Of a stretch of 64,000 nt of DNA, positions 1-10,553 are shown piece after piece (positions within the stretch are counted from its first letter, which is position 1; each line of letters starts with the position of its first letter). Source of the stretch: Candidatus Marinacidobacterales bacterium (GTDB lineage Bacteria; Acidobacteriota; Vicinamibacteria; Marinacidobacterales; DATDRI01); the NCBI GenBank assembly GCA_965197825.1, contig CBDANW010000002.1, positions 213,271 through 277,270 on the forward strand, read 5' to 3'. The notes beneath the pieces were generated by a model that worked only from the letters and a program-made list of their open reading frames with translations, was not told the DNA's origin and did not search any database. A program made the position numbers and the translations under genes.

Positions 1-140
1 CTCGCCGGATGTTGCCACACCCGGCGAGCTTGCACGAACGCACGGTCCACAAGACCTAATCACACGTGAAGACGCGCGACAACGCTCGCTCACTGCATTT
101 TAGCGGCGAGAGGGTGTGGCGCGCAACTAATAGGAGTGCC

Positions 141-1097
141 ATGACTCATATCGCTCGGCTTCTATTGTGCTCGACCCTCTTTCTCTCACCCGTCGGCTCG
201 ACGCTCGCTGCGGCGGCTGATGAGCAACTCGGCGTGTTGGTCGTGGCTCATGGCTCGACGGCGGCGTGGAACGCCAACGTCGAGGCCGTGGTGACGATTA
301 TTCAACAACACATACCATCTAAAGTGGCGTACCTGATGGGTGCGAAGAACCGCACACCGCAGGAGGCGTACGACGAACTGGTCGTGGCTGGTGTCCAGCG
401 GATTGTCGTCGTGCCGCTCCTGGTATCTTCTTACAGCTCGCACTACGAACAGGTCCGCTTCATTGGCCGCCTTCGTGACGATTACCCGGGCTCCGAACGG
501 ATGAAACTCACGCCGCTGCACGGGCCTGCTGACGTTGTCGGCGTCACGCCGGCGCTTGATGCAGATCCGATCCTCGCTGACATCTTGTCCGACCGGGCGC
601 GTGCGCTCAGTCGTGACCCATCCACGGAAAGCCTCGTCATTGTGGCACACGGGCCGAACGGCGTCGCAGACGCAGACCGGTGGATGGACGTGATCCGGGA
701 ACTTGGCGTCCAAATCCGGTCTCTCGTTCCGTTTAAGGAGGTCGACGTCCGCCTCTTGCGAGATGATGCGCCCACACCGGTCAAAGACCAGGCGCTCTCG
801 GAGCTCAGACACTCGGTGGCCAACCGTGCAGCGTCGGGGCGGGTCGTCGTTGTGCCGCTCCTGCTCGGGCCGGGACGCGTCGTCGACCAGGTACCCAACG
901 TACTCACTGGATTGGATTACCTCTGGGACGGTCGACCCGTGCTCCCGGACAGCCGGATCGCTGACTGGGTCATGTCCCAGGTCGAGCATGTATCGGCGCA
1001 GCAAGATGCAGCCAGCCGGCAGTCGACTGATCGGCAGGTGACCGACCGGGCGCTGCCGCCGAAACCGACGCTGCTCAGTCGACAGATGATTGGCTGA
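141..1097 (+). CDS. Secreted CbiX-like (sirohydrochlorin cobaltochelatase-type) tandem two-domain protein; alternative start at 66
   Basis: Two repeats of the CbiX-type motif (VLVVAHGS... and LVIVAHGP...). Predicted signal peptide MTHIARLLLCSTLFLSPVGSTLAAAA. Uninterrupted ORF in a GC-rich frame. Confidence 0.55.
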   Translation: MTHIARLLLCSTLFLSPVGSTLAAAADEQLGVLVVAHGSTAAWNANVEAVVTIIQQHIPSKVAYLMGAKNRTPQEAYDELVVAGVQRIVVVPLLVSSYSSHYEQVRFIGRLRDDYPGSERMKLTPLHGPADVVGVTPALDADPILADILSDRARALSRDPSTESLVIVAHGPNGVADADRWMDVIRELGVQIRSLVPFKEVDVRLLRDDAPTPVKDQALSELRHSVANRAASGRVVVVPLLLGPGRVVDQVPNVLTGLDYLWDGRPVLPDSRIADWVMSQVEHVSAQQDAASRQSTDRQVTDRALPPKPTLLSRQMIG

Positions 1098-1111
1098 CTT
1101 TCTTCGATTCC

Positions 1112-3229
1112 GTGACCGTGACCGCGACGCTCCGGCCGTCGCCGGTACGGGAGATCCCTGGCATGGTGACGGTCTTCGACAGCGAGGTCATTCAGGCGAG
1201 GCTATTCGAGAACCTGTCTGATCTCGTCAAATACGAACCCGGGGTGTACGTCGAAAACAATGTGACCCGTCTTGGTCTTAACGGATTCAACATCCGCGGC
1301 ATCGGAAGGAATCGCGTGATGACGCAGGTGGACGGCATTCAGACAGCGGAGCAGTTCGACTTCGGGCCGTTCAGCGTGCATCAGATGGCGCTCGATCTCG
1401 ATGTGTTGAAATCCGTCGAGATCGTGCGGAATGCCAACTCGGCGCTTTACGGCAGCGACGCCCTCGGCGGCGTCGTGTCGCTGTTCACCAAGGATCCGGG
1501 CGACTACCTCCGCGGCAGGCGGTTCCACATCGGCGCCAAGACGACTTGGAATGGTCGCGCCGGGGATATCAGTGGGAACCTCACTCTGGCCGGGGGTACC
1601 GAACGGCTCCAAGCATTGCTCTTCGCCAGCTTCAACCGCGGGAACGAGGTCCTTAATAAAGGGACGGTAAAAACCCGTGATGCCACCCGTACCGCAGCGA
1701 ATCCGCAAGACGTATGGGGCACGCAACTACTGGGCAAGCTCGTTTTCACAGCCTCGCCCGGCAATATGTGGCGCGTGGCAGCGGAAGTCTACGACACCCG
1801 TGTCGAAACGACATGGTTCTCGGACATGGGATTGACGCAGCTCGGCCCGTTTCTTTATGACACGTTGGACTCGGTTGCTGTTGACACGCAGGGGCGCCAG
1901 CGCCTGTCGCTCGATCACACGCTAGTCGACCGCGCCGGTCTCGATCAACTGTCGTGGCGTATCTACCGCCAGCACAACGACACATTACAGGTCGTCGATC
2001 GTGAGCGTATGACGTCCGGCTTCGGGCCGCCGACTCATTCGACGCGCCACGAAACGGTCGACTTCGAGCAGATTGGCTACGGCGGATCGGTTCGGGGTCA
2101 GAAGTGGCTGGGTAGTTCGAGTAACGGTGTGCTAGTCACGTTCGGTGCCAGCTACCAGACCGACACCTTCGACATCCTGCGCGACCGGAGCGAGCTCAAC
2201 GTTCGAACGGCGGCGCCCGTACCGACCAGCCTGATCTTCCCGACCAAGTACTTCCCCGAAAGCGACGTCGCCGAGTCCGGTACGTACGTCCAGGCGGAGC
2301 TCCAGTTCGGCCGCATCACGCTCGTACCGGGGGTGCGTTACGATCACTTCTCGCTCGACGCCAACCAGAGCGACCCGATCTTCCTTGCAAGCCTGAACCC
2401 GGAGCCGATCGACTTCTCCTACAGCGCCGTGTCGCCGAAAGTTGGCGTGTCGGCGCGATTGACGGATGTGGTGACCGTCCACGCGCAGTACGCCAGCGGA
2501 TTCCGGGCGCCACCATACAGCACCGTCAACACCGGCTTCACGAACCCACAGGGAGGCTACGTCACGCTTCCCAACTCCGAGCTCAGGGCGGAGACGAGCG
2601 ACAACATCGAGGTCGGCGTGCGGACCGCATTCGACCGCGCGAGCTTCGGCGTGACCTTCTTCTCGAACTGGTTCGATGACTTCATCGACCTGACGACGAT
2701 CGGCTTCAATCCAAGAACCCGGCTGCTCGAATTCCAGAGCCGGAACCTCGAACAGGCCGAGATCAACGGTGTCGAGCTACGCGGCGAGGCGTACGTGACC
2801 GACCGTGTGATGATTCGCGGGAGCTACGCGAGAATCGACGGCGTCGAGATCTCGAAGGACGCTGCAGTCCCGCCACTCGCGGCTGAGACGCCGCTTGGTT
2901 CCATCGCGCCGAGCGAAGGTGTGCTCGGTATCCAGTACCTCCAACCGTCCGGTCGTTGGGGTGCGGAGCTCTCGGTCCGGTTGGTCGAGTCGTACGAGGG
3001 TGCCCCCGATGAAAACCAGTTCGCGCCGGACGCCTACCAGGTCGTCGACCTGGTGAGCCACGTCTCGCTCGCGAGGGCCCTCACGTTTCGTCTTGGTCTG
3101 CTCAACCTGACGGGCGCGACGTACTTCGAGTGGTGGAACGTGCGGGGACGCCAGGCGAACGACCCGGTGATCGATCGGTATTCGAGCCCGGGGATTAGTG
3201 TCATCGGGTCACTAGCGTACGACTGGTAG
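1112..3229 (+). CDS. TonB-dependent receptor (plug plus beta-barrel). GTG start lies at a TonB-box-like DSVTVTA with no signal peptide in frame, so the 5' end is unresolved.
   Basis: Plug motifs (VTVTAT..., NLSDLVKYEPGV, IRGIG) and barrel. Frame opens at 1031 with no Met before the TonB box. Upstream CbiX-like ORF ends at 1097 in another frame. Confidence 0.8.
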   Translation: MTVTATLRPSPVREIPGMVTVFDSEVIQARLFENLSDLVKYEPGVYVENNVTRLGLNGFNIRGIGRNRVMTQVDGIQTAEQFDFGPFSVHQMALDLDVLKSVEIVRNANSALYGSDALGGVVSLFTKDPGDYLRGRRFHIGAKTTWNGRAGDISGNLTLAGGTERLQALLFASFNRGNEVLNKGTVKTRDATRTAANPQDVWGTQLLGKLVFTASPGNMWRVAAEVYDTRVETTWFSDMGLTQLGPFLYDTLDSVAVDTQGRQRLSLDHTLVDRAGLDQLSWRIYRQHNDTLQVVDRERMTSGFGPPTHSTRHETVDFEQIGYGGSVRGQKWLGSSSNGVLVTFGASYQTDTFDILRDRSELNVRTAAPVPTSLIFPTKYFPESDVAESGTYVQAELQFGRITLVPGVRYDHFSLDANQSDPIFLASLNPEPIDFSYSAVSPKVGVSARLTDVVTVHAQYASGFRAPPYSTVNTGFTNPQGGYVTLPNSELRAETSDNIEVGVRTAFDRASFGVTFFSNWFDDFIDLTTIGFNPRTRLLEFQSRNLEQAEINGVELRGEAYVTDRVMIRGSYARIDGVEISKDAAVPPLAAETPLGSIAPSEGVLGIQYLQPSGRWGAELSVRLVESYEGAPDENQFAPDAYQVVDLVSHVSLARALTFRLGLLNLTGATYFEWWNVRGRQANDPVIDRYSSPGISVIGSLAYDW

Positions 3230-3346
3230 CCGCGACTGACGAGCCAAAGTGAAAGGGAACACGCATGCATCGCCATCACGAATCGGAAACGCTAGCCAGC
3301 GGTTCGCAATTGGCCGTGTATCAGTGCTGCCGGACCGACCTTTCCC

Positions 3347-3860
3347 GTCCTGTGCCAAAACTCGGCCCTTTTGAAATAGCCCCATAAATCAACAGCTTAG
3401 TGTCTGTGTTCGCGACCGGGCCAAGGGCCGTAGGCTCTACAATCGTCTTGGGCGGACGGGTCGTCACCATGCAGACGACCACCTGGTCGAGAGCGAATAT
3501 CCAAGCGTGTTCCTGAAGCTGTGTTTCCACGCTACACCGGTCGAGTCCACCGAGGGGCTACCGTCGCCGGCGACCATCTACGCGGCACGGCAGTAGTAGT
3601 TGAGAATGCCCCCAAGTCGCTCTCGCGACACGATGGGGCCAGCGTCAGTCGGGCTTGCCGGCAGAGGTGTGAGGAGCTCGTTGCCGAGACCTTGGTGGTT
3701 CCGTTTTGTGTGATAGTGCACTACGTATTCGGTTACCGCTGTCCGCAGGTGTCGCTCACTGAGAGGTACGAAGCGGTCGAGACACTCTCGACGTATGGAG
3801 AGAACGAATCTTTCCGCATATGCGTTCAGATTCGGACTATTAGCGGGAAGGCGAAGGGTG
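3347..3860 (-). mobile_element. IS481-like element 3' fragment (right TIR plus transposase C-terminus), minus orientation, truncated at about 3860
   Basis: Near-identical to the reverse complement of 23830-24336 of the complete copy. Readthrough ORF 3521-4288 is the antisense of the transposase C-terminus. Confidence 0.8.
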
Positions 3861-3955
3861 TGCCTTCCATTTATTCATCCGCGCGCACCGAACTTGATCG
3901 GTCTCCGGTCTGCCGGCACCATGCCTGCATGATTTCGTCGTTTGTTCGCGCTCTC
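3856..3955. repeat. Repeat family C (about 95 bp, consensus ...gtgccttctatttattcatccgcgcgcaccgaac...tttgttcgcgctc)
   Basis: Recurs at 22385-22485, 25292-25385, 47405-47445, 50565-50605 (reverse complement) and 59455-59550. Confidence 0.7.
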
Positions 3956-4149
3956 ATCTCTGCCCGTCGTGTCCCAAAAAAGAGAAACCAACTCCAGGCA
4001 GGTGCACCGGGACGTTTCGGATTAGAGGTCGTCTGGTCAAAATACTCGAACGCCCAGCGGGTCAGCAGTTTGCACCTTTCCAAGGGCTGCTTGAATTTGG
4101 CATCGCGGTCGGATACGTATTTCTTCCGGGTGCGCAGTTCGTTGCCTGC

Positions 4150-4325
4150 AGCTCGCCCCGCAGCCGATTTGAGCCAGCCGTGCGCACCCCCGGTGGGCCT
4201 GTCGCCCGCCACCCGCAGCCCAGGGGTCGGAAGCCAGTCCTGCGGCGCGAAATACCCTGGATTCTTCGCGGATTTCAAGGGCGTCTAAGCTGCTGATTTG
4301 TGGTCTATTTCAAAAGGGCCGAGTT
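4150..4325. repeat. Repeat family E (about 160 bp) fused to a solo TIR end of the IS481-like element
   Basis: gcagccgatttgagccagccgtgcgcacccccggtgggcctgtcgc...ggcgtctaagctgctgatttgtggtctatttcaaaagggccgagttttggcacaggacg. Copies at 6425-6636, 52500-52640 (reverse complement), 57640-57800 and a partial at 50505-50580. Confidence 0.7.
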
Positions 4326-4650
4326 TTGGCACAGGACGGGAACACCTTTCCGATTATCGCAGTCGTAAGGCTCAAGTGGGGGCAAGTGGAGCTATTCGGG
4401 TCTTGGTAGCAAACAAGCAGTAACGGTGCAAAACAGATCATCAAAATGCAATTTGAGGTCATTTCGGGGCTGAATCGAGCGCTAATCGCTCAGCTAATGA
4501 GAAGACGCCGTCGTGTCCAAAAACACAAACGAACTGGTGCTTCCGCAGTCAAGTGTTGGCGGCCGCCGCGTAACCTGTTCGCGTGCTAGAATTTTAGCCT
4601 GATTTCGAGAGGCGCAGTTCTTTCGTCGATGCCGGCTGGGCCGAGTTTTG

Positions 4651-6050
4651 GGTCAAGTCTTAATTTTCCTGTCAAATCTCCGTACGGTTCCCCGCGCTCG
4701 GTTAAGCTGCTGATTCCTCCGACGTGCCTTGCGGGAGAAGCTCGTTGCGAAGCTCCTCGACTTTCCTAGCGGCGAAGACATCCATCCTCACGCCGCGCCA
4801 TTTGTTTGCGACGGCCAAGAGCACAGCGAACGAGAGTTTCATCGCGGCCTCCTCGGTGAAGAAGTGAGGAATGACCTTTGTGCGACGTTTGTGCTCTCCG
4901 AACGTGCGCTCAAGTAGATTCGACGTGCGAAGCCTTTTGTGATGCGCCGCAGGAAGGCGTAGCGCCTGAAGACACGCTTCGAGGGTCTCTTCCATGCACT
5001 TCATCGCGCTCGGGAATCGTTGACGGTACCGAGCGATCACCTCCCGACCCTTCTTCAGCCCTTGCTCGTAGCTGTTCGCATGGAACGACTCAAGGATGGC
5101 CGCCTTGAGTTCGTCGCGCACTTCCTTCGGAGCCTTGCCCAGGATGTTCTCGAGGCGGTGCTTCTGGCAACGTTGCTTGAGGCTTCGAGGGAAGACCTCT
5201 GCGATCGCTTTGAGCACTCCAGGATTCCCGTCCGTCACGATGAGCAACGGCTCCCTCATTCCTCGGGCCACCATCTCCTGCAAAAACCCCTTCCAGTTCT
5301 CGTAGGATTCTCGGTTGCCGACACCGATATGAAGAAGAACTCGCGTCCCATCAGCGCGATAGCCGGTCGCAACGAGGATGGGCTCTTTCCTCTCCGCTCC
5401 TTGGTGGTAGCGCAGGTACGTGCCGTCGAGCTCGAGATACAACAGCTTCTCGTTCGAGAGATCCCGTTTTCGAAACGCCTCGAAATCCTCCGACAGACAC
5501 CGTGTGACCCGGCTCACCACCGACTTCGAGACACCCGTGCCGCTCAGCACGTCCGCGAACGTCGCCTCAATGTCACGCGTCGACATCCCGTGGACGTACA
5601 TCCGCGCGATCAGTTCATCGAGTTTCTCGGTCCGGCTCACGTAGGCGTCGAGAATCTTTGACTGAAACACCTTCTCTGTTTCTCGTACCCGCGGCACTTG
5701 CACCGTCACCGCTCCCTCGCCCGTGAGGACCCGATGCGACTCATACCCGTTGCGTCGTCCCTTCTCCTTCGTCGTTGCCGGAGCGTTCTCATAGTAGTTT
5801 CGACCCAACGCCTCCGTCACCTCGCGCTCCAACGCATATTGAAGCATCATCTGAGCTCCCGACCGGACGATCTCCGAGAGATTCATCTCCCCAAATACCA
5901 GTTGTTCCTCGAACTGCTTGAGTAATCGCTGACTCGGTAGTACCTTTCCCATGATGTATGGTTCTCCTTTTCTGTCCCCATGACGGGGACGGGTTTGAGC
6001 TTGGGGAACCATACATCGTTTTTCTTTGACAGGAATCTTAAGACATCACC
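4651..6050 (-). mobile_element. IS256-family insertion sequence, copy A (about 1400 bp)
   Basis: IRs GGTCAAGTCTTAATTTTCCTGTCAAA and GGTGATGTCTTAAGATTCCTGTCAAAG. Flanks gAGTTTTG and cAGTTTTG show a 7/8 target duplication. Inserted into a solo TIR of the IS481-like family. Confidence 0.9.
4702..5952 (-). CDS. IS256-family (mutator/MULE-type) transposase
   Basis: 416 aa from MGKVLPS... with AAAGGAGAA ribosome-binding site. Five near-identical coding copies in the window (4702, 28119, 42350, 55413 complete; 48405 partial). Confidence 0.9.
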   Translation of the reverse strand: MGKVLPSQRLLKQFEEQLVFGEMNLSEIVRSGAQMMLQYALEREVTEALGRNYYENAPATTKEKGRRNGYESHRVLTGEGAVTVQVPRVRETEKVFQSKILDAYVSRTEKLDELIARMYVHGMSTRDIEATFADVLSGTGVSKSVVSRVTRCLSEDFEAFRKRDLSNEKLLYLELDGTYLRYHQGAERKEPILVATGYRADGTRVLLHIGVGNRESYENWKGFLQEMVARGMREPLLIVTDGNPGVLKAIAEVFPRSLKQRCQKHRLENILGKAPKEVRDELKAAILESFHANSYEQGLKKGREVIARYRQRFPSAMKCMEETLEACLQALRLPAAHHKRLRTSNLLERTFGEHKRRTKVIPHFFTEEAAMKLSFAVLLAVANKWRGVRMDVFAARKVEELRNELLPQGTSEESAA

Positions 6051-6424
6051 CAGTTTTGGCACAGGACGAGGTCCGGCCATTCCACTCGCGGACGAGATGG
6101 GTGCTGGCGGAAACGGACCTCGCGGGAGCGGCGTTGCCTGGTGCCCCGTTCACCATGGCGGCCAGAATGCGCCGGGTTGCAGCCGAATGCCCGCCATGGG
6201 TCCGGCACTGGCGTTCGTGCAAGAGAACGCGGCGCAGGAAGATACGCGAGAGCGAGCTTGGCGGAGCAGCCCCGAAGGTTTGCTCCCAGATCCGCCGTAA
6301 GCTGGCGAAGTCCAAACCGTCCAAAACGACGTTCCGGCCAACTCCTGTATCCCGCGGCATCCCCAAACGTTCGCTCTTCTGCCCGGTAAAGTCCAGTCTA
6401 ATGAGGGACTTCCTGGTGCGAAGT

Positions 6425-6636
6425 CCGCTGCCCGCAGATCGCCCCGCAGCCGATTTGAGCCAGCCGTGCGCACCCCCGGTGGGCCTGTCGCTCGCCACTC
6501 GCAGCCCAGGGGTCGGAAGCCAGCCCTGCGGCGCGAACTACCCTCGATTCCGAGCGGATTCCAAAGGCGTCTAAGCTGCTGATTTGTGGTCTATTTCAAA
6601 AGGGCCGAGTTTTGGCACAGGACGCGATGGATGTAC
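6425..6636. repeat. Repeat family E plus solo TIR end
   Basis: Same module as 4150-4325. Confidence 0.7.
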
Positions 6637-6693
6637 GGGACTGTCGGACTGTTCACAGATTACCGAGTTCGATATCTCGTCGCTTCGCCGAAA

Positions 6694-6894
6694 GACGCCC
6701 CGGCTCGATAGGTCACATAACCCTTCGCGGGAAGTGTGCAGGAGCGCGTAGTGCGGGAAAGCCGCACGCTGCGTGCGACGTGGCGGGGGCTGGAAACGGA
6801 CTTACGGTGCGGCTAGTGAGGCACTCCCACAGGAAACGGGGAGAAACAGATAGGCCGCGCCTACGGAGCACCGCGCCAGCCCTCGACCCTACCG
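6694..6894 (+). repeat. 200-bp repeat family with internal GTGCGG-GAAA-CCGCAC (GNRA tetraloop) hairpin; unclassified
   Basis: gacgccccggctcgataggtcacataaccc...gtgcgggaaagccgcac...cctcgaccctaccg. Second copy (reverse complement) at 58672-58875. A 44-bp 3' piece at 61354-61397. Confidence 0.6.
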
Positions 6895-6974
6895 ACGACG
6901 GGTGTCAGGTGCACCGGGACCTTGGCGTTTCGGACACCGGCCCGGCAGCTATGGCTGCGCTGGAGAGCTTGAGA

Positions 6975-8267
<1,293 letters not shown>

Positions 8268-8271
<4 letters not shown>

Positions 8272-8657
8272 CGCTCCTGCTCGACACCTGCACGTTTCTC
8301 TGGCTGTTGTCCGATGATCCACGGCTGCCGTTGCGCGCCAGGACGGAGTGTCGTACCCCCTCGAACGCCGTGTACCTCAGCGCTCTCTCTGTGTGGGAGA
8401 TAACGATTAAGTATCGACTTGGCCGGTTGTCACTTCCTGCATCTCCGGCGTCGTTCGTCGCTAGTCGTCGCCAGCGGCTGCAGATCGAACCTCTACCGTA
8501 CGACGAACGGGACGCGGTGCACGACGTACTGCTGCCGCCGCATCATCGGGATCCGTTCGACCGGGGCTTGGTGTCCCAAGCGATCCTACGCGGCTTGACG
8601 ATCGTAACACCAGACCAGTTGATCGCACGCTATCCGGCCCCCGTACTCTGGCTGTGA
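8268..8657 (+). CDS. vapC: VapC-type PIN-domain toxin (ribonuclease)
   Basis: VTLLLDTCTFLWLLSDDPRL... then ...LSALSVWEITIKYRLGRL...; GTG start overlapping the upstream stop. About 129 aa. Confidence 0.7.
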
Positions 8658-8709
8658 TGGCGTTCGACGCGCGGACTCCGGTCTTTTTTTTCGCAGATCA
8701 CAGGCATCC

Positions 8710-9026
8710 CGTCCTGTGCCAAAACTCGGCCCTTTTGAAAGACCATGGCTGTAATTTAATGCACCGTAAAGTCTTAGCGTCATTTTACCAACACTTAATG
8801 GCGGAAGCACCCATGAGGTCTGTGTGAGCAGCAGGGCTGCCCGATCGAACGACGGCTGCCTGACCAACAGTAGGAATTGCACATGGTACGTCATGATGGA
8901 TCCGAAGATAACACCCTCGGGCCAGACGATTGTAAAGCCCACAGCCCTTGGCACCGTCGCAAAACACAGACGCTAAGCTGCTGATTTATCGGCTATTTCA
9001 AGAGGGCCGAGTTTTGGCACAGGACG
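8710..9026. mobile_element. MITE (about 317 bp): internally deleted, non-autonomous derivative of the IS481-like element
   Basis: Both TIR ends (cgtcctgtgccaaaactcggcccttttgaaa ... ttcaagagggccgagttttggcacaggacg) plus the first about 55 bp of the transposase 5' region. Near-identical copies at 20572-20888, 37798-38114, 44391-44706 and 57171-57480. Confidence 0.8.
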
Positions 9027-9826
9027 CCGTACCATTGTCCGCGGTGATCGTCTTGACCTGCTCCGGCACCCGCCGGAGCAACATCTTCGTTCGCTGACTA
9101 GTGCTGAACATGGTGCGGTCGGACAGCTTGCCGATCAGCGCATAGCCCGTCTTTCGTTCCACGAGCGTGGTTACGCAGTCCGGCGCGCCTTTTCCTATCA
9201 CGGTGTCGATCTCCCAGTGGCCAACGGCACTGCGCTTGTCGACACAAGGCGGCCGCTCGGAGATATGACGCTTCCCGGCCAGGTGGCCTCGGCTGTCATA
9301 GCTGTTGTGGCGCTTGCGTCTAAGTTTGGGCGAGCATCGAAGGTGGCGGTATAGATGTCCTCCGGCCTCCTTGTCCCGCCAGACGTGGGTGTAGATCGTC
9401 TCGTGGCTGATCGAGAGCTCGCCGTGAAGGCGCAGGTGGCCGGAGATCTGCTCTGGGCTCCAGTCAGCCTTAAGCTTCTTCTCCACCAGGGCAAAGTCGG
9501 CCTTTGTGAAGTACTGGTTCCGGCGAGACCGCGATCGTCGTCCGTTCGTTTTCTCGATGGCCTTGCTCGGCCGGTAGCATCCATCACTACGTGAGCTGTT
9601 CCTCCTGACCTCTCTCGAGATTGTGCTCCGGTGGCGCCCCAGGCGCCGCGCAATCTCGGCCGAGCAAAATCCCTCCCGTCGCAGCGCCGCGATGGTGTAT
9701 CGTTCTTCCGAGGTGATCTGGTAATAAGTCATTAGCGAGTCCCCATTCTTGGTTGTTTGAGGAATCGTGGCACATTCCAGGTCATCTCATCCGGGAGCTG
9801 TGTTGCACTTACTTTATGAATTCGGG
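9027..9826 (-). mobile_element. IS30-family element, 5' part only (transposase N-terminal 235 aa), truncated by the MITE at 9026
   Basis: MTYYQITSEERYTIAALRREGFCSAEIARRLGRHRSTISREV... (HTH) through ...TITADNGT. Same sequence as the element at 54532-57029. End gcacttactttatgaattcggg at 9826. Confidence 0.8.
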
Positions 9827-10442
9827 CTCCACGACATGCTCTTGCCCCGCTCCGGGGCGGGCGCGATGCCGTGCTCGGTGAGGATCCTCTTGATAGTGTT
9901 GCGTCCGAGTTCATGTCCGAGGTTCTTGAGTGTGCCTCGCAGACGCGTATATCCCCACGTCGGGTTCTCCTGCGCCACGCGCACAATGAGCTCACGGATG
10001 TCCTTCGCCGTCGGAGGTCGGCCTGGGCTCCGGTTCTTGCCGCCATCGTAGGCTGCGATGAGGCAGCGGTACCAACGCAGAAGCGTAGCGGGTGTGGCAA
10101 CGGACGCAATCTGGGCCAGCGCCTCGCGGCCCAAAGCCTGGGCCTTGACGGCGAGCCTGCGCCGGTCGTCGTCCGAGAGCCTGAGACGCTTGCCCCGAAG
10201 CCCGGCTCGGAGCACACGGTTCTCCTCTTGCAGGTAGTCGATCACATCCTGCTGCTGGCGGTTGACCCAGCCAGCTAGAACGAGCAGTAGGAATTGCACG
10301 TGGTACGTCATCATGGACCTGAAGATAACACCCTCGGGCCAGACGATTGTAAAGCCCACGGCCCTTGGTCCGGTCGCAAACACAGACACTAAGCTGCTGA
10401 TTTATGGTCTATTTCAAAAGGGCCGAGTTTTGGCACAGGACG
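9827..10442 (-). mobile_element. IS481-like 5' fragment (left TIR plus transposase N-terminal about 180 aa), minus orientation
   Basis: ORF 9814-10389 matches the first 180 aa of the 23037-24107 transposase. TIR ends at 10442. Confidence 0.8.
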
Positions 10443-10553
10443 CCCACATCCTCGGCTGGACGCTCTACATGAAGAGCGAGGAACTCGACTGGAAGTAGTG
10501 TAGAATACCCGCTTTCGGGCAGGAAGCCACCCACCGATCAGGAGGATAAACAA

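Noticed and set aside
3521-4288. 255-aa plus-strand ORF
   Set aside because: It is the antisense frame of the IS481-like transposase C-terminus followed by repeat families C and E. Identical readthrough peptides recur wherever those repeats occur.
6760-6800. Possible group II intron domain V (GNRA hairpin gtgcgg-gaaa-ccgcac)
   Set aside because: Flanking nucleotides do not form the conserved DV lower stem or the AGC triad. No GUGYG 5' end at a consistent distance. No reverse transcriptase ORF nearby.
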